From: Deltaproteobacteria bacterium
Lineage (GTDB): Bacteria > Bacillota > Syntrophomonadia > Syntrophomonadales > Syntrophomonadaceae
Direction of reading: 5' to 3'
DNA length: 32,000 bases
Assembly (NCBI GenBank): GCA_050258735.1
Contig: JBLMZJ010000057.1
Location: 1-32,000, forward strand
The stretch's first letter is position 1; every line of letters begins with the position of its first letter. The translations under genes were made by a program, and so were the position numbers. This document shows, piece by piece, positions 16,117 to 27,347 of this stretch. The notes beneath the pieces were generated by a model that worked only from the letters and a program-made list of their open reading frames with translations, had not been told where the DNA came from and did no database searches.

Positions 16117-17040
16117 ATGACAATCCATGATTCTGATCTGGCGGAAAGAATAAACAAAAGCAAGAAAGAAAAAGGCATATATATCATCGCTCATTATTAC
16201 CAGCGGGATGAGATCCAGGATATAGCTGATTTCATCGGTGACTCCTATGCTATGGCAGTCAATGCACGGAACTCGGACAGTGACATCATACTGGTGGCTG
16301 GGGTTGATTTTATGGCAGAAAGTGCGGCTATTCTTTGTCCGGGAAAGACTATCCTTTCTCCCGAACCGGCGGCTACCTGCCCTATGGCCAATAGCATACG
16401 GGTGGACGATATTTTGAGGTTCAGGCAAGAACACCCCGATGGCTTGGTAGTCAGCTACGTCAATACCCCGGCTGAGGTCAAGGCTTGCAGCGATATCTGC
16501 TGTACCTCGTCCAATGCGGAAAAGATATTGAAACAGTTGCCAGCCGACCGTCCAATATTCTTTATACCTGATCAGAACCTGGCCTCCAATGTTTCTGGTA
16601 CCCTGGGCAGATCAGTAACTGCTTTTCCTTCCAGCTGTCCTATCCATGCAGCCTTGGCCCGGGAGGACATTATGGAGAAAAAGCAGAACCATCCAAATGC
16701 GGCTTTGCTGGTGCATCCCGAGTGTGATCCCGGGGTAGTCGAATTGGCGGATTACGTGGGGAGTACCGCCGGGATCCTGGATTATACCCGAAACTCACCG
16801 CTCCAGGAATTCATCATTGCGACTGAAAGCGGTATCAGACATGCGATATGGCAGGCCCGGCCTGAGGTCAGCCTTATTATGGCATCGGATGAAATGATTT
16901 GTCCGAATATGAAGAGTATAACCCTGGAAAAGATACTGTACTCCATAGAAAGCCTGACAACCGTCGTAACAGTACCGGAGGAGATCAGTAAAAAGGCGGT
17001 ATTGGCTCTGGAGAAGATGATCGAATTAGCTAGTAACTAG
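16117..17040 (+). CDS. nadA: Quinolinate synthase NadA (short archaeal/Thermotoga-type)
   Basis: IIAHYYQRDEIQDIADFIGDS, VAGVDFMAESA, and three cluster cysteines in ATCPMAN, SSCPIH, MICPNMK. 307 aa. Confidence 0.9.
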   Translation: MTIHDSDLAERINKSKKEKGIYIIAHYYQRDEIQDIADFIGDSYAMAVNARNSDSDIILVAGVDFMAESAAILCPGKTILSPEPAATCPMANSIRVDDILRFRQEHPDGLVVSYVNTPAEVKACSDICCTSSNAEKILKQLPADRPIFFIPDQNLASNVSGTLGRSVTAFPSSCPIHAALAREDIMEKKQNHPNAALLVHPECDPGVVELADYVGSTAGILDYTRNSPLQEFIIATESGIRHAIWQARPEVSLIMASDEMICPNMKSITLEKILYSIESLTTVVTVPEEISKKAVLALEKMIELASN

Positions 17041-17072
17041 TAAACTGATGAACACCGTTTTTTAACAATATC

Positions 17073-17137
17073 GTAGGGGCGGATTCTATATCCGCCCGGA
17101 TGATCATGGAACGGGCGGATATAGAACCCGCCCCTAC
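17073..17137. repeat. 65-bp nested inverted repeat (REP-like/cruciform element) downstream of nadA
   Basis: The arms GTAGGGGCGGATTCTATATCCGCCCG and CGGGCGGATATAGAACCCGCCCCTAC pair at 25/26 positions around a 13-nt loop containing TGATCA. Each arm is itself a GGGCGGAT...ATCCGCCC hairpin. Confidence 0.7.
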
Positions 17138-17220
17138 AAGGGTAATTCAGGTTGTTTGGCCTCATCCCGAGAAAATCTGTATTTATGCTTGGTAATTAAT
17201 CCGAAAGCGGGGTATCATTG

Positions 17221-17676
17221 ATGAAATTATCGACGAAAGGGCGTTACGGCCTGCGGGCGATGTTGGATATCGCCCAGAGCCAGGAAGACGGACCGGTGAC
17301 CATTCATACCATTGCTCAGCGGCAGGATCTGTCCAGCCGGTATCTGGAGCAACTGCTGATCCCCCTTAAACAGGCCGGTCTGGTCAAGAGTGTCCGCGGC
17401 TCACAGGGAGGTTACGTACTGGGACGTACACCGGCCAACATAACGGTAGGTGATGTTATCCGGGTTTTAGAAGGCCCTATTGCTCCGGTGGAATGTGTCA
17501 ATGAATTGAATCCCGATGATTGCGACCGCGCAGATTACTGCGTTACCAAGAAGATCTGGTCGCGACTGCGTGATTCGATAGTCGAGGTGCTGGATTCCTA
17601 CACTCTGGAAGATCTCATGCAGGAAGCAGCTTCGATTGGGTCGCAAGCTATAACTATTGATAAAAAAGATCTATAG
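17221..17676 (+). CDS. iscR: Rrf2-family transcriptional regulator (IscR/CymR-like) with three-Cys cluster site
   Basis: MKLSTKGRYGLRAMLDIA wHTH N-terminus, GGYVLGR motif, cysteines in PVECVNELNPDDCDRADYC. Located immediately upstream of iscS-iscU. Confidence 0.85.
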   Translation: MKLSTKGRYGLRAMLDIAQSQEDGPVTIHTIAQRQDLSSRYLEQLLIPLKQAGLVKSVRGSQGGYVLGRTPANITVGDVIRVLEGPIAPVECVNELNPDDCDRADYCVTKKIWSRLRDSIVEVLDSYTLEDLMQEAASIGSQAITIDKKDL

Positions 17677-17782
17677 ATATTTGTTACATGATCTGAATAA
17701 TGGTTGAGTTCTGATTTTAAAAATATGAAAAAACAAGACTGCTTTATTTACGTCTACGCAATGAAATTCAGGAGGTGTTCAT

Positions 17783-18958
17783 ATGAAGACGATCTATATG
17801 GATCACAGTGCCACTACGCCAGTTGATCCCCGGGTTTTTGACGCCATAATACCCTACTATAACGATGTATTTGGTAATGCATCCAGTGTACACACCCCGG
17901 GACAGAAGGCCAGGCAGGCGGTGGAAGTTGCCAGGGACAAGGTGGCGGCCCTTATCAAGGCTGCTCCCCAGGAGATCATTTTTACCGCGGGGGGGACCGA
18001 GGCGGACAATCAGGCATTGATCGGCTATATGCAGGCTAACGCTCACCGGGGCAAACATATCATAACCTCGGCGATCGAACACCATGCGGTCTTGGATACC
18101 TGCGAGTACCTGCATAAACAGGGCTATAAATTAACGGTGCTGCCGGTTGACCAGCAGGGGGTAGTTGATCCTCGGTTGCTGAAGGATGCCATGCGGGAGG
18201 ATACGGTCCTCGTCAGCATCATGCACGCAAATAATGAGATCGGGACCATTCAGCCGATCAAGGAGCTGGCTGCTATCGCTCACGAAGGAGGCGCCGTATT
18301 CCATACTGACGCCGTGCAGAGCTTCGGCAAACTGGATATAAATGTTCGCGACATGGGGATCGATATGCTGTCAGCTTCGGCTCACAAGCTCTACGGTCCG
18401 AAAGGGATCGGCTGCTTGTATGTGAACAAAAAGATCAAGTTGGCCAAACTGCTGCATGGTGGAGCCCAGGAGAGAAACCGGCGGGCGGGTACTGAAAACG
18501 TTCCTGCCATCGTTGGCTTTGGAGTTGCTGCTGAGCTGGCCGGGGAGCTCCGGCTGGAGTCAGAAGCCCGGCTTACCCAGATGGGACAGCGCCTGCAAAA
18601 AGGGATCCTTGAGCGGGTACCTCATTCAAGACTAACCGGCCATCCCACCCTCCGGCTGCCGGGCAGTGTCAGTGTTTGTTTTGAATTCGTGGAAGGCGAA
18701 TCAGTCCTGTTGATGCTGGATAGTTATGGTATCGCTGCCTCCAGCGGGTCAGCCTGCACATCGGGGTCATTGGATCCTTCACATGTACTGCTGGCCATTG
18801 GACTGCCTCATGTTATTGCTCACGGTTCATTACGGCTCACTCTGGGCCATAATAATACCGATGAGGATGTCGACTACGTCCTGGATGTTATTCCACGGGT
18901 CGTGGAAGCTTTAAGAAAGATGTCGCCGCTATATAACGGTGCAGGAGGTGTGGCATAA
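17783..18958 (+). CDS. iscS: Cysteine desulfurase IscS/NifS, paralogue 2
   Basis: IYMDHSATTPVDP, SASAHKLYGPKG (PLP lysine), RAGTEN, canonical active-site loop SSGSACTSG. The stop overlaps the iscU start (TAATG). Confidence 0.92.
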   Translation: MKTIYMDHSATTPVDPRVFDAIIPYYNDVFGNASSVHTPGQKARQAVEVARDKVAALIKAAPQEIIFTAGGTEADNQALIGYMQANAHRGKHIITSAIEHHAVLDTCEYLHKQGYKLTVLPVDQQGVVDPRLLKDAMREDTVLVSIMHANNEIGTIQPIKELAAIAHEGGAVFHTDAVQSFGKLDINVRDMGIDMLSASAHKLYGPKGIGCLYVNKKIKLAKLLHGGAQERNRRAGTENVPAIVGFGVAAELAGELRLESEARLTQMGQRLQKGILERVPHSRLTGHPTLRLPGSVSVCFEFVEGESVLLMLDSYGIAASSGSACTSGSLDPSHVLLAIGLPHVIAHGSLRLTLGHNNTDEDVDYVLDVIPRVVEALRKMSPLYNGAGGVA

Positions 18959-19332
18959 TGATGTACAGTCAGAAGGTGATGGACCATTTTATGAACCCGC
19001 GCAATACAGGCGAGATAGAGATGGCAGACGGGGTCGGCGAGGTAGGCAATCCGATCTGCGGAGATATCATGCATATAGAGATCAAGGTAGAGGGTAATGT
19101 TATTGAGGATGTAAAATTCAAGACCTTTGGCTGTGCGGCTGCCATTGCCACCAGCAGCATGGTGACCGAAATGGTCAAAGGCCGGACCCTGGAAGAGGCT
19201 GAAAGAATAACCAATCGAACGGTGGCTGAGGCTCTGGACGGTTTGCCCCCCGTTAAGATGCACTGTTCTAACCTGGCAGCCGATGCTCTGCACGAGGCCA
19301 TCAAGGACTATATCAAACGCCAACAAGGCTGA
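18958..19332 (+). CDS. iscU: Fe-S cluster assembly scaffold IscU/NifU N-terminal type
   Basis: VMDHFMNPRN, GNPICGD, FKTFGCAAAIATSS, HCSNLA, providing the three scaffold cysteines. 124 aa. Confidence 0.92.
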   Translation: MMYSQKVMDHFMNPRNTGEIEMADGVGEVGNPICGDIMHIEIKVEGNVIEDVKFKTFGCAAAIATSSMVTEMVKGRTLEEAERITNRTVAEALDGLPPVKMHCSNLAADALHEAIKDYIKRQQG

Positions 19333-19347
19333 GCAAAGGGTAGGTAA

Positions 19348-20730
<1,383 letters not shown>

Positions 20731-20754
20731 TTTCACTCCATAGGGGGATAGTAA

Positions 20755-21699
20755 ATGCCGATCATAATACCGGATAATCTTCCAGCCAGCAGTATCCTGC
20801 AGGGGGAAAACATATTTGTCATGCATGAAAAGCGGGCGGTGCAGCAGGATATCCGTCCGCTGAGGCTGGCTATACTTAACTTGATGCCTCTGAAAATAAT
20901 CACTGAAACCCAGCTCTTAAGACTGCTGGGCAATTCTCCCCTGCAGGCGGAGATCACCCTGCTGCATCCGGAGAGTCATGATTCCAAAAACACTCCGGCT
21001 TCTCATCTGGACAATTTTTACACCACCTTTGCATCGGTGAGCGGCCAGATGTTTGACGGAATGATAATCACCGGTGCTCCGGTAGAACAGCTGGACTTCG
21101 AGCAATGGACCTATTGGGATGAGTTGTGTGAGATCATGGACTGGACCCGCAGTCATGTGTTTTCTACTATGCACATCTGTGTAGGAGCCCAGGCTGGCTT
21201 GTATTATCACTATGACGTGCCTAAATATGTTTTAAACCAGAAGGTGTTTGGAGTATTTCCTCACCGGATATGTAAGGTGGGCAGCCCGCTCCTGCGCGGC
21301 TTCGATGACGTTTTCTTCGTACCGCATTCCCGTTATGCGGAGACCAGGCGCGAGGATATAGAAAAAGTGCCTTATCTTGAACTCCTGGCTGAATCGGAAG
21401 AGGCGGGAGTGTATCTGGTAGCTACCCATGACGGGCGACAGGTGTTTGCTACCGGGCATTCTGAATACGATCCACTGACCCTGAAGGAAGAATATGACCG
21501 GGATATTGCCAAAGGGGACGATATAGCTCTTCCCATCAACTATTATCCCGATGATGATCCAGCCAAGCCGCCCAGGGTACAGTGGCGCAGTCACGCCAGC
21601 CTGTTATTCTCCAACTGGCTCAACTACTGCGTATATCAGGAAACTCCTTATGATTTGAAGGAATTGAAGCAGGGTAATATAGTTTTGCCTCATAAATAG
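20755..21699 (+). CDS. metA: Homoserine O-acyltransferase MetA
   Basis: [11 protein letters not shown]...[20 protein letters not shown], catalytic Cys region HICVGAQA. 314 aa. Confidence 0.9.
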   Translation: MPIIIPDNLPASSILQGENIFVMHEKRAVQQDIRPLRLAILNLMPLKIITETQLLRLLGNSPLQAEITLLHPESHDSKNTPASHLDNFYTTFASVSGQMFDGMIITGAPVEQLDFEQWTYWDELCEIMDWTRSHVFSTMHICVGAQAGLYYHYDVPKYVLNQKVFGVFPHRICKVGSPLLRGFDDVFFVPHSRYAETRREDIEKVPYLELLAESEEAGVYLVATHDGRQVFATGHSEYDPLTLKEEYDRDIAKGDDIALPINYYPDDDPAKPPRVQWRSHASLLFSNWLNYCVYQETPYDLKELKQGNIVLPHK

Positions 21700-21741
21700 T
21701 TTATGGGTTATTATAATATAGATCAATCTAACGGAGGCATT

Positions 21742-22188
21742 ATGATGAGCGGTGAAGTACTGTCGGTAAACATTTCGGAAAAACGCGGAGAGAAGAAACA
21801 TGATGTCGGAGAGGCCTACTTGACTGTGGGTTGCGGAATAGAAGCGGATGCCCATCATGGGACCTGGCACCGCCAGGTCAGTCTTTTATCATTGTCCAGT
21901 TTTGAAAAGATGCGGGCCATGGGCGCGGACGTGGTATATGGTGATTTTGCCGAGAATATAGCGGTCGGCGGCATAGACGTAGTCACCCTGCCGATCGGCA
22001 CCAAACTGAAATTAGGTGAGGCTTTGGTAGAGGTGACCCAGATCGGCAAGGAATGCCACAACCAGGGATGCGCCATCAAGAAACAGGTAGGTACTTGTGT
22101 TATGCCCATTGAAGGCATCTTTGCGCGGGTCCTGGATTCAGGCTGGGTACGGAATGGTGACAAAATCGAAATAGTGGCAGGGGAGTAG
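21742..22188 (+). CDS. Small stand-alone MOSC-domain protein
   Basis: VLSVNISEKRGEKK, GIEADAHHG, RQVSLLS, GENI, QIGKECH...C pattern of MOSC beta-barrel proteins. Start at the ATG at 21742 after GGAGG. Confidence 0.75.
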   Translation: MMSGEVLSVNISEKRGEKKHDVGEAYLTVGCGIEADAHHGTWHRQVSLLSLSSFEKMRAMGADVVYGDFAENIAVGGIDVVTLPIGTKLKLGEALVEVTQIGKECHNQGCAIKKQVGTCVMPIEGIFARVLDSGWVRNGDKIEIVAGE

Positions 22189-22194
22189 GAGAAG

Positions 22195-22450
22195 TTAACC
22201 ACAGATGGACACAGATGCCTTCGTCAGCACAGATGCACACGGATTATATCTTATAAGAGAATATTAATTCTTACCCTGAATATAAATCCCCGGTTCTTAG
22301 CTTAGGTTCCGGGGATTTTATTTAATTGTTAAACATCGTTAGTAGACCTCATGAAATCTTGGTTTAGGTCCGAATGCATGAGCTGCCTGTTTTAAAAAAT
22401 CTGTGTTCATCTGTGAGGGCCGCAGGCCCATCTGCGTATATCTGTGTTAA
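22195..22450. repeat. 256-bp intergenic element bounded by about 50-nt imperfect terminal inverted repeats built from CACAGATG octamers (MITE-like)
   Basis: Left end: TTAACCACAGATGGACACAGATGCCTTCGTCAGCACAGATGCACACGGAT. Reverse complement of the right end: TTAACACAGATATACGCAGATGGGCCTGCGGCCCTCACAGATGAACACAGAT. The element encloses the bidirectional terminator. Confidence 0.55.
22284..22326. terminator. Bidirectional rho-independent terminator between the MOSC gene and the MCP gene
   Basis: AAATCCCCGG...CCGGGGATTT forms a 10-bp stem, flanked by an A-run upstream and TTATTT downstream. Confidence 0.7.
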
Positions 22451-22470
22451 ATCCGTAACCCCCGTAACCT

Positions 22471-24207
22471 CTACCGGATCTTGAACTGTTCAACCAGAGC
22501 CTGCAGTTCTTCAGCACGGGCTTCCATCTTGCCCGATATCTCAGCGATCTCCATAGCTGAATTCGCAGCCTGTTCACTCCCCTGGGCTATCTCATCGGCA
22601 CCGGTGGCAGATTGCATAACGATTGTGGCCGTTGCTGCCAGGGCCTTGTTGATCTCTTCCATTGAACTGCTGATCTGCTTTACATCTCTGCTGACGTGTT
22701 CAGCCAGGTTAACTATGATGTTACTGTCGTCCCGGTACTGCTTGCCGACTCTGGCCATATAGTCGTAATCCGGCAGGATGCGTTTGGTCAAGAAATTAAG
22801 CATAGTCTTGGTGTTGTCGACCAGATTGCCGATGGCTGTATGGACCTGGCTGGTAAGATTTTGAATATCTCCCACGCTTGCCGCAGAATCTTCAGCTAGC
22901 TGACGTACTTCGTCTGCTACCACGGCAAAACCGCGACCCTGTTCACCGGCTCGGGCTGCTTCAATGGCAGCATTCAGAGCCAGGAGGTTGGTCTGAGCGG
23001 CTATGCCAGCAATATTCTGAGCTAAGCCTGATATTTCCTCGACCACCTTGGAGTTTTCGATGGCTTCCTCTACCTGTTTTTGCATATCGATCACCAGCTG
23101 CCGGGCTGACTGTGATGCCTTGTTGGCACCATTCTGTACCTCTAACGCTCTCTTATCGATCTCGTCAGCCTTCTGGCGATCGGTTTCTGCTTCGTTATTG
23201 ACGATATTGAGAGCAGCTCCGATCTCCTGGCCGGAGGCGGTAACTTCTTCAGTAGAAGCAGAAATGTCCTGCATTCCCGAGGCGATCTCCTGGGTAGAGG
23301 CCGAAACCTCTTCCATAGCAGAGGCGATATTGGTGGATGTCTCAGCCAATTGGCGGCTGAAGTCAGTAACCTTTGCCGAGGTGTTGCTGATATTGGTAAT
23401 AGTATCTCTTAAACGACCGGTCATCTCCTGAAATGCACGCCCCAGTGCCCCCATCTCATCCTGGCGGTCCAGGAAGGCCGATTCGATATCCTGGGAAAAA
23501 TCGCCACCGGCGATCGTGGAGGCATGGCCAACTACGAAAGTAAGTGCCTGGGTAAGGTGCTTAGCGGTATATATACTTGCTCCTAAACTCAGGACTGCGG
23601 CCAGAAGGATCAGGATGATCATATTGCGGACGGCGTTGGCCGAGGTTTCCCGGCTAGCTTCATTGATGTCCCGGGCTTGATCCTGATTGAATTTGGTGAG
23701 GTTTGTCATACTGGTTTCTGCTGCTTCACGGCTGTTTTTCAAATCGCCCAGGGCAAAACTGCGAACAACGATCGGGTCCTTCCCCTTTGTCAACATTTGC
23801 TTCAGGGTATCTATATTTTGACGGTATGTCTCAACGTCGCTCACCAACTGCTTGTAAAGTCGCTTATCTTCAGGGGTGAGCAGGCTCTCATCAGATCCAT
23901 AGTTGTGAAGGACTTTGTCTATTACGGCAAAATTACGGTCCATATCAGCATAGGCATCCTGGACCTCCTGCGGGGACCAGGCCGCAGCTACCCGCCAGGT
24001 ATCACCCCGGATGGCTTCCAGACTCCTATTACCGTCAGCCAATTCCTCCATAGGCAGGAGGTTGTTTTCATAGACCCAGTTCATCTTATCTACGATCTGA
24101 TTCATATTCCGGTAGCCGACCCAACCTACCAGACCGATCATGATGGTCATAAATAAGAATACACTCAGCAGTTTACTGGTTGTTTTCATATTGGTAAACG
24201 AGAACAT
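22471..24207 (-). CDS. Methyl-accepting chemotaxis protein (4-helix-bundle sensor, HAMP, MA domain)
   Basis: N-terminal TM, about 150-aa extracytoplasmic helical domain, second TM, HAMP ([13 protein letters not shown]), and the highly conserved signalling hairpin [38 protein letters not shown]. Confidence 0.92.
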   Translation of the reverse strand: MFSFTNMKTTSKLLSVFLFMTIMIGLVGWVGYRNMNQIVDKMNWVYENNLLPMEELADGNRSLEAIRGDTWRVAAAWSPQEVQDAYADMDRNFAVIDKVLHNYGSDESLLTPEDKRLYKQLVSDVETYRQNIDTLKQMLTKGKDPIVVRSFALGDLKNSREAAETSMTNLTKFNQDQARDINEASRETSANAVRNMIILILLAAVLSLGASIYTAKHLTQALTFVVGHASTIAGGDFSQDIESAFLDRQDEMGALGRAFQEMTGRLRDTITNISNTSAKVTDFSRQLAETSTNIASAMEEVSASTQEIASGMQDISASTEEVTASGQEIGAALNIVNNEAETDRQKADEIDKRALEVQNGANKASQSARQLVIDMQKQVEEAIENSKVVEEISGLAQNIAGIAAQTNLLALNAAIEAARAGEQGRGFAVVADEVRQLAEDSAASVGDIQNLTSQVHTAIGNLVDNTKTMLNFLTKRILPDYDYMARVGKQYRDDSNIIVNLAEHVSRDVKQISSSMEEINKALAATATIVMQSATGADEIAQGSEQAANSAMEIAEISGKMEARAEELQALVEQFKIR

Positions 24208-24380
24208 ACTGTTACCTCCAATTTCAAGAGTATTTTCTAGAATGTACAGAGGTCGTCTTGAGCGATCATGGCATTTTAAGGCTTGGTATCAAGGGAGCTG
24301 AATATCCAATTTATAAATAAATACTAGCAATATATGCTAATAGTTACAAGACAATTCTGAAAACTATATCATGTGGAAAA

Positions 24381-24419
24381 CAAACAAAAAAATAGGGCTG
24401 CCTGTTAAGGCAACCCTAT
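24381..24419 (-). terminator. Rho-independent terminator of hppA
   Basis: Minus strand reads ATAGGGTTGCC-ttaaca-GGCAGCCCTAT followed by TTTTTTTGTTTG. Confidence 0.8.
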
Positions 24420-24434
24420 TGATATTAGTAACGT

Positions 24435-26870
24435 TTATTCTGTGGGGATCCTCATTCCGTAGAAGGAGCGCCATACAAAGAATAGTGCAACCAGCAGGAA
24501 GGCACCGCCAACTACCGGAGCAATGCTCTTGAACTGTTCGGAAATGGCTATTTCCATGGCCAACAGACCGAACAGGGTGGTGAACTTGATGATGGGGTTC
24601 AATGCGACAGACGAAGTATCCTTGAAGGGATCGCCTACGGTGTCACCGACCACAGTAGCCTCATGCAGGGGAGTACCCTTTTCCTGCAGATCAACTTCAA
24701 CGACCTTTTTGCCATTGTCCCAGCAGCCGCCGGCATTGGCCATAAAGACCGCCTGGAAGAGACCGAATACAGCGATCGAGATCAGGTAAGAGACGAACAG
24801 GGCAACTGATTGCTCGCCTTTTACAGGAGCGGCCAGGCAAGAGAAGGCCAGGGTAAAGGAAAATATAGCGATAAAGATATTGAACATACCTTCTTGAGCG
24901 TACTGGGTACATATCTTGACCACTTCTTTGGACTTTTCAGTAGCGGCCTTCTGGCTGGCGTTCTCATCCAGCTGGATATTCTTCTTGATATATTCCACCG
25001 CCCGGTAAGCGCCGGTGGTGACTGCCTGGGTGGAGGCGCCGGTAAACCAATAGACAACTGAACCGCCGGCGATCAAACCGAAGATGGTATAGGGATTCAA
25101 CAGGGTAAGGATCGATTCCGGCTGAACACCGAGAACGTTCTTTATCAGCAGGATCAGCGAGAAGATCATGGTGGTGGCGCCGACTACCGCTGTACCGATC
25201 AGCACCGGCTTGGCGGTCGCCTTAAAGGTATTGCCCGCACCATCCTGAGCTTCAAGGTAGTGTTTGGCCTTGTCGAAGTCAGGCTTGAAGCCGAAATCCT
25301 TTTGGATCTGCTTTTCAATGCTAGGAACAGTCTCGATCAGGGACAATTCATAAATGGACTGGGCATTGTCAGTAACCGGCCCGTAGCTGTCAACAGCGAT
25401 GGTGACCGGTCCCATACCCAGCATACCGAAGGCCACCAGGCCAAAGGCAAAGATGGAGGGATAGATCATGATATTGGCCAGACCAAATCCACTGGCATAA
25501 TAGGCTGCAAACATCAACGCAAAGAAGACCATACCGATCCAGAAGGCGCTGAAGTTGCCGGCTACCAATCCGGACAGGATATTCAGAGAAGGTCCGCCCT
25601 CACGGGAAGCTTTTACTACTTCAGCCACATGCATGGAATTGGGGCTGGTGAATATTTTGGTGAATTCAGGGATTATAGCGGCTCCCAGGGTACCACAGCT
25701 GATGATGGTCGCCAGAACCAGCCACAGCTTGGAAAGTTCAGCGGGTACTCCATTGGAACCCGGCCCCAGCATATAATAGCTGACTGCGAAAGTCACAACT
25801 ATTGAAAGTATGGAGGTGATCCATACCAGGCTGGTCAGGGGTTTTTCAAAATCAAAATCGTCAGTGTTTCCGAATCTAGCTTTACTTAAGCCTCTGTTGA
25901 TCCAGAACGAGCCGATCGAGGTAATGATCATAAGTATGCGCATTACGAAGATCCAGGTGAGCAGGATCCCAGTGAGAGCCGGCTGCACAGCCAGGACGAT
26001 GAAGGAAATCAAGGCTACACCGGTTACGCCGTAAGTTTCAAAACCATCGGCAGTGGGTCCAACACTGTCACCGGCATTATCACCGGTACAGTCAGCAATA
26101 ACACCAGGATTACGCGGATCGTCTTCCTTGATGCCGAAAACGATCTTCATCAGGTCGGAACCGATATCAGCGATCTTGGTGAAGATACCGCCGGCGATAC
26201 GCAGGGCACTGGCACCCAGTGATTCACCGACCGCGAAGCCGATGAAGCTGGCCCCGGCCAGATCACGGGGGACAAAGAGCAGGATGATGAGCATCATGAT
26301 CAGTTCAACACAGACCAGCAGCACACCGATGCTCATTCCGGCGTCCAGAGCTATATTTAAGAGCTTCAGGGGTTTTCTTTCCAGTGCGGAGAAAGCAGTG
26401 CGGCTGTTGGCCAGGGTATTCATGCGGATGCCGTACCAGGCAACGCTGTAGGAACCCAAAATACCTATAACCGTCCAGGCCAGGATAAGGAGCACGCCGC
26501 TTACTGGTTTGTCCTGGAGGAAACCATAATAGAAGGCAACACAAAAGCCGATGAATGCAAATAAAATGCAGAGCAGTTTTCCCTGCTGCAGCAGGTAGGT
26601 TTTACAGGTCTCATAAATGGTGTTGGCTACGTCCAGCATGGACTGATGAGCCTCGTATTTGCTTACCTTTATAAACTGGTACAATCCGAAGAGCATACCC
26701 AAAGCGCAGACCACCAGTCCAAGGTACAACAGGTTATTCTGACCGGGCGTCAGGGTAGGAATCAGCAGATCGGCTTCACTGGCGGCAGCCATGACCGGCG
26801 TCAGCAGCAGCGCGATCAAAGCGAACAGGCCACTGGACATGAATCTGACCCAATTCTTAACGGGTGTCAT
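24435..26870 (-). CDS. hppA: Membrane-bound ion-translocating pyrophosphatase (M-PPase), Lys-type, predicted K+-independent
   Basis: Motifs DCTGDNAGDSVGP, GNTFKATAKP, GDTVGDPFKDT, and more than 15 hydrophobic helices. Start at the ATG at 26870 after AAGGAAGTGA. N-terminal signal-like extra segment. 811 aa. Confidence 0.92.
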   Translation of the reverse strand: MTPVKNWVRFMSSGLFALIALLLTPVMAAASEADLLIPTLTPGQNNLLYLGLVVCALGMLFGLYQFIKVSKYEAHQSMLDVANTIYETCKTYLLQQGKLLCILFAFIGFCVAFYYGFLQDKPVSGVLLILAWTVIGILGSYSVAWYGIRMNTLANSRTAFSALERKPLKLLNIALDAGMSIGVLLVCVELIMMLIILLFVPRDLAGASFIGFAVGESLGASALRIAGGIFTKIADIGSDLMKIVFGIKEDDPRNPGVIADCTGDNAGDSVGPTADGFETYGVTGVALISFIVLAVQPALTGILLTWIFVMRILMIITSIGSFWINRGLSKARFGNTDDFDFEKPLTSLVWITSILSIVVTFAVSYYMLGPGSNGVPAELSKLWLVLATIISCGTLGAAIIPEFTKIFTSPNSMHVAEVVKASREGGPSLNILSGLVAGNFSAFWIGMVFFALMFAAYYASGFGLANIMIYPSIFAFGLVAFGMLGMGPVTIAVDSYGPVTDNAQSIYELSLIETVPSIEKQIQKDFGFKPDFDKAKHYLEAQDGAGNTFKATAKPVLIGTAVVGATTMIFSLILLIKNVLGVQPESILTLLNPYTIFGLIAGGSVVYWFTGASTQAVTTGAYRAVEYIKKNIQLDENASQKAATEKSKEVVKICTQYAQEGMFNIFIAIFSFTLAFSCLAAPVKGEQSVALFVSYLISIAVFGLFQAVFMANAGGCWDNGKKVVEVDLQEKGTPLHEATVVGDTVGDPFKDTSSVALNPIIKFTTLFGLLAMEIAISEQFKSIAPVVGGAFLLVALFFVWRSFYGMRIPTE

Positions 26871-27347
26871 TAAACAAATCACTTCCTTAAACAAATAAAT
26901 CTTTTAATCAATTCCCCGCTGGCGGTCCATCTTCCGGGGCGGGATAAAAGACCCCATTGCCGTTTTTTACCCTCTCCCTGGGGATGGCGGTTTACCGGCG
27001 GAGAATTATTTGGTAAAACCAACACAAAATACAATTGTCATATAACAAGTATTTTATGCTTTTTTCCCCTCTTCATTCAGACCTCCTTTAGCACAAAAAT
27101 AGACAGGCCCTCTTAAAGATTTAACAGAACCTGAACCATGAGTTTTATAAAGTGATATAAAAACATATTATACGTAATCAAATGAAATGGGAAACCGCAT
27201 TTTTCTTTAAAATCGGGACTATTATTATGAAAATTAGTAACCAGAACTAAAAAGCTGGTATACAGGCTATCAGACAAGCTTTATTGAATCAAGACTTGAC
27301 TTGTCAGCCCGCTTATGTAAAGCTAAAATCGCAGTAGATTCGAGTTG

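Noticed and set aside
22195-22450. CRISPR-like array suggested by repeated CACAGATG units
   Set aside because: The repeats are only 8 nt long, irregularly spaced and arranged as two inverted clusters. There are no repeat-spacer periodicity and no cas genes, so the region is interpreted as terminal inverted repeats instead.
27100-27347. AT-rich 250-bp spacer between hppA and the Nudix gene as a possible insertion scar or small RNA locus
   Set aside because: No inverted repeats, direct repeats, ORFs or convincing terminator/promoter pairs could be defined. It most simply holds the hppA promoter region and the weak terminator of the Nudix gene.
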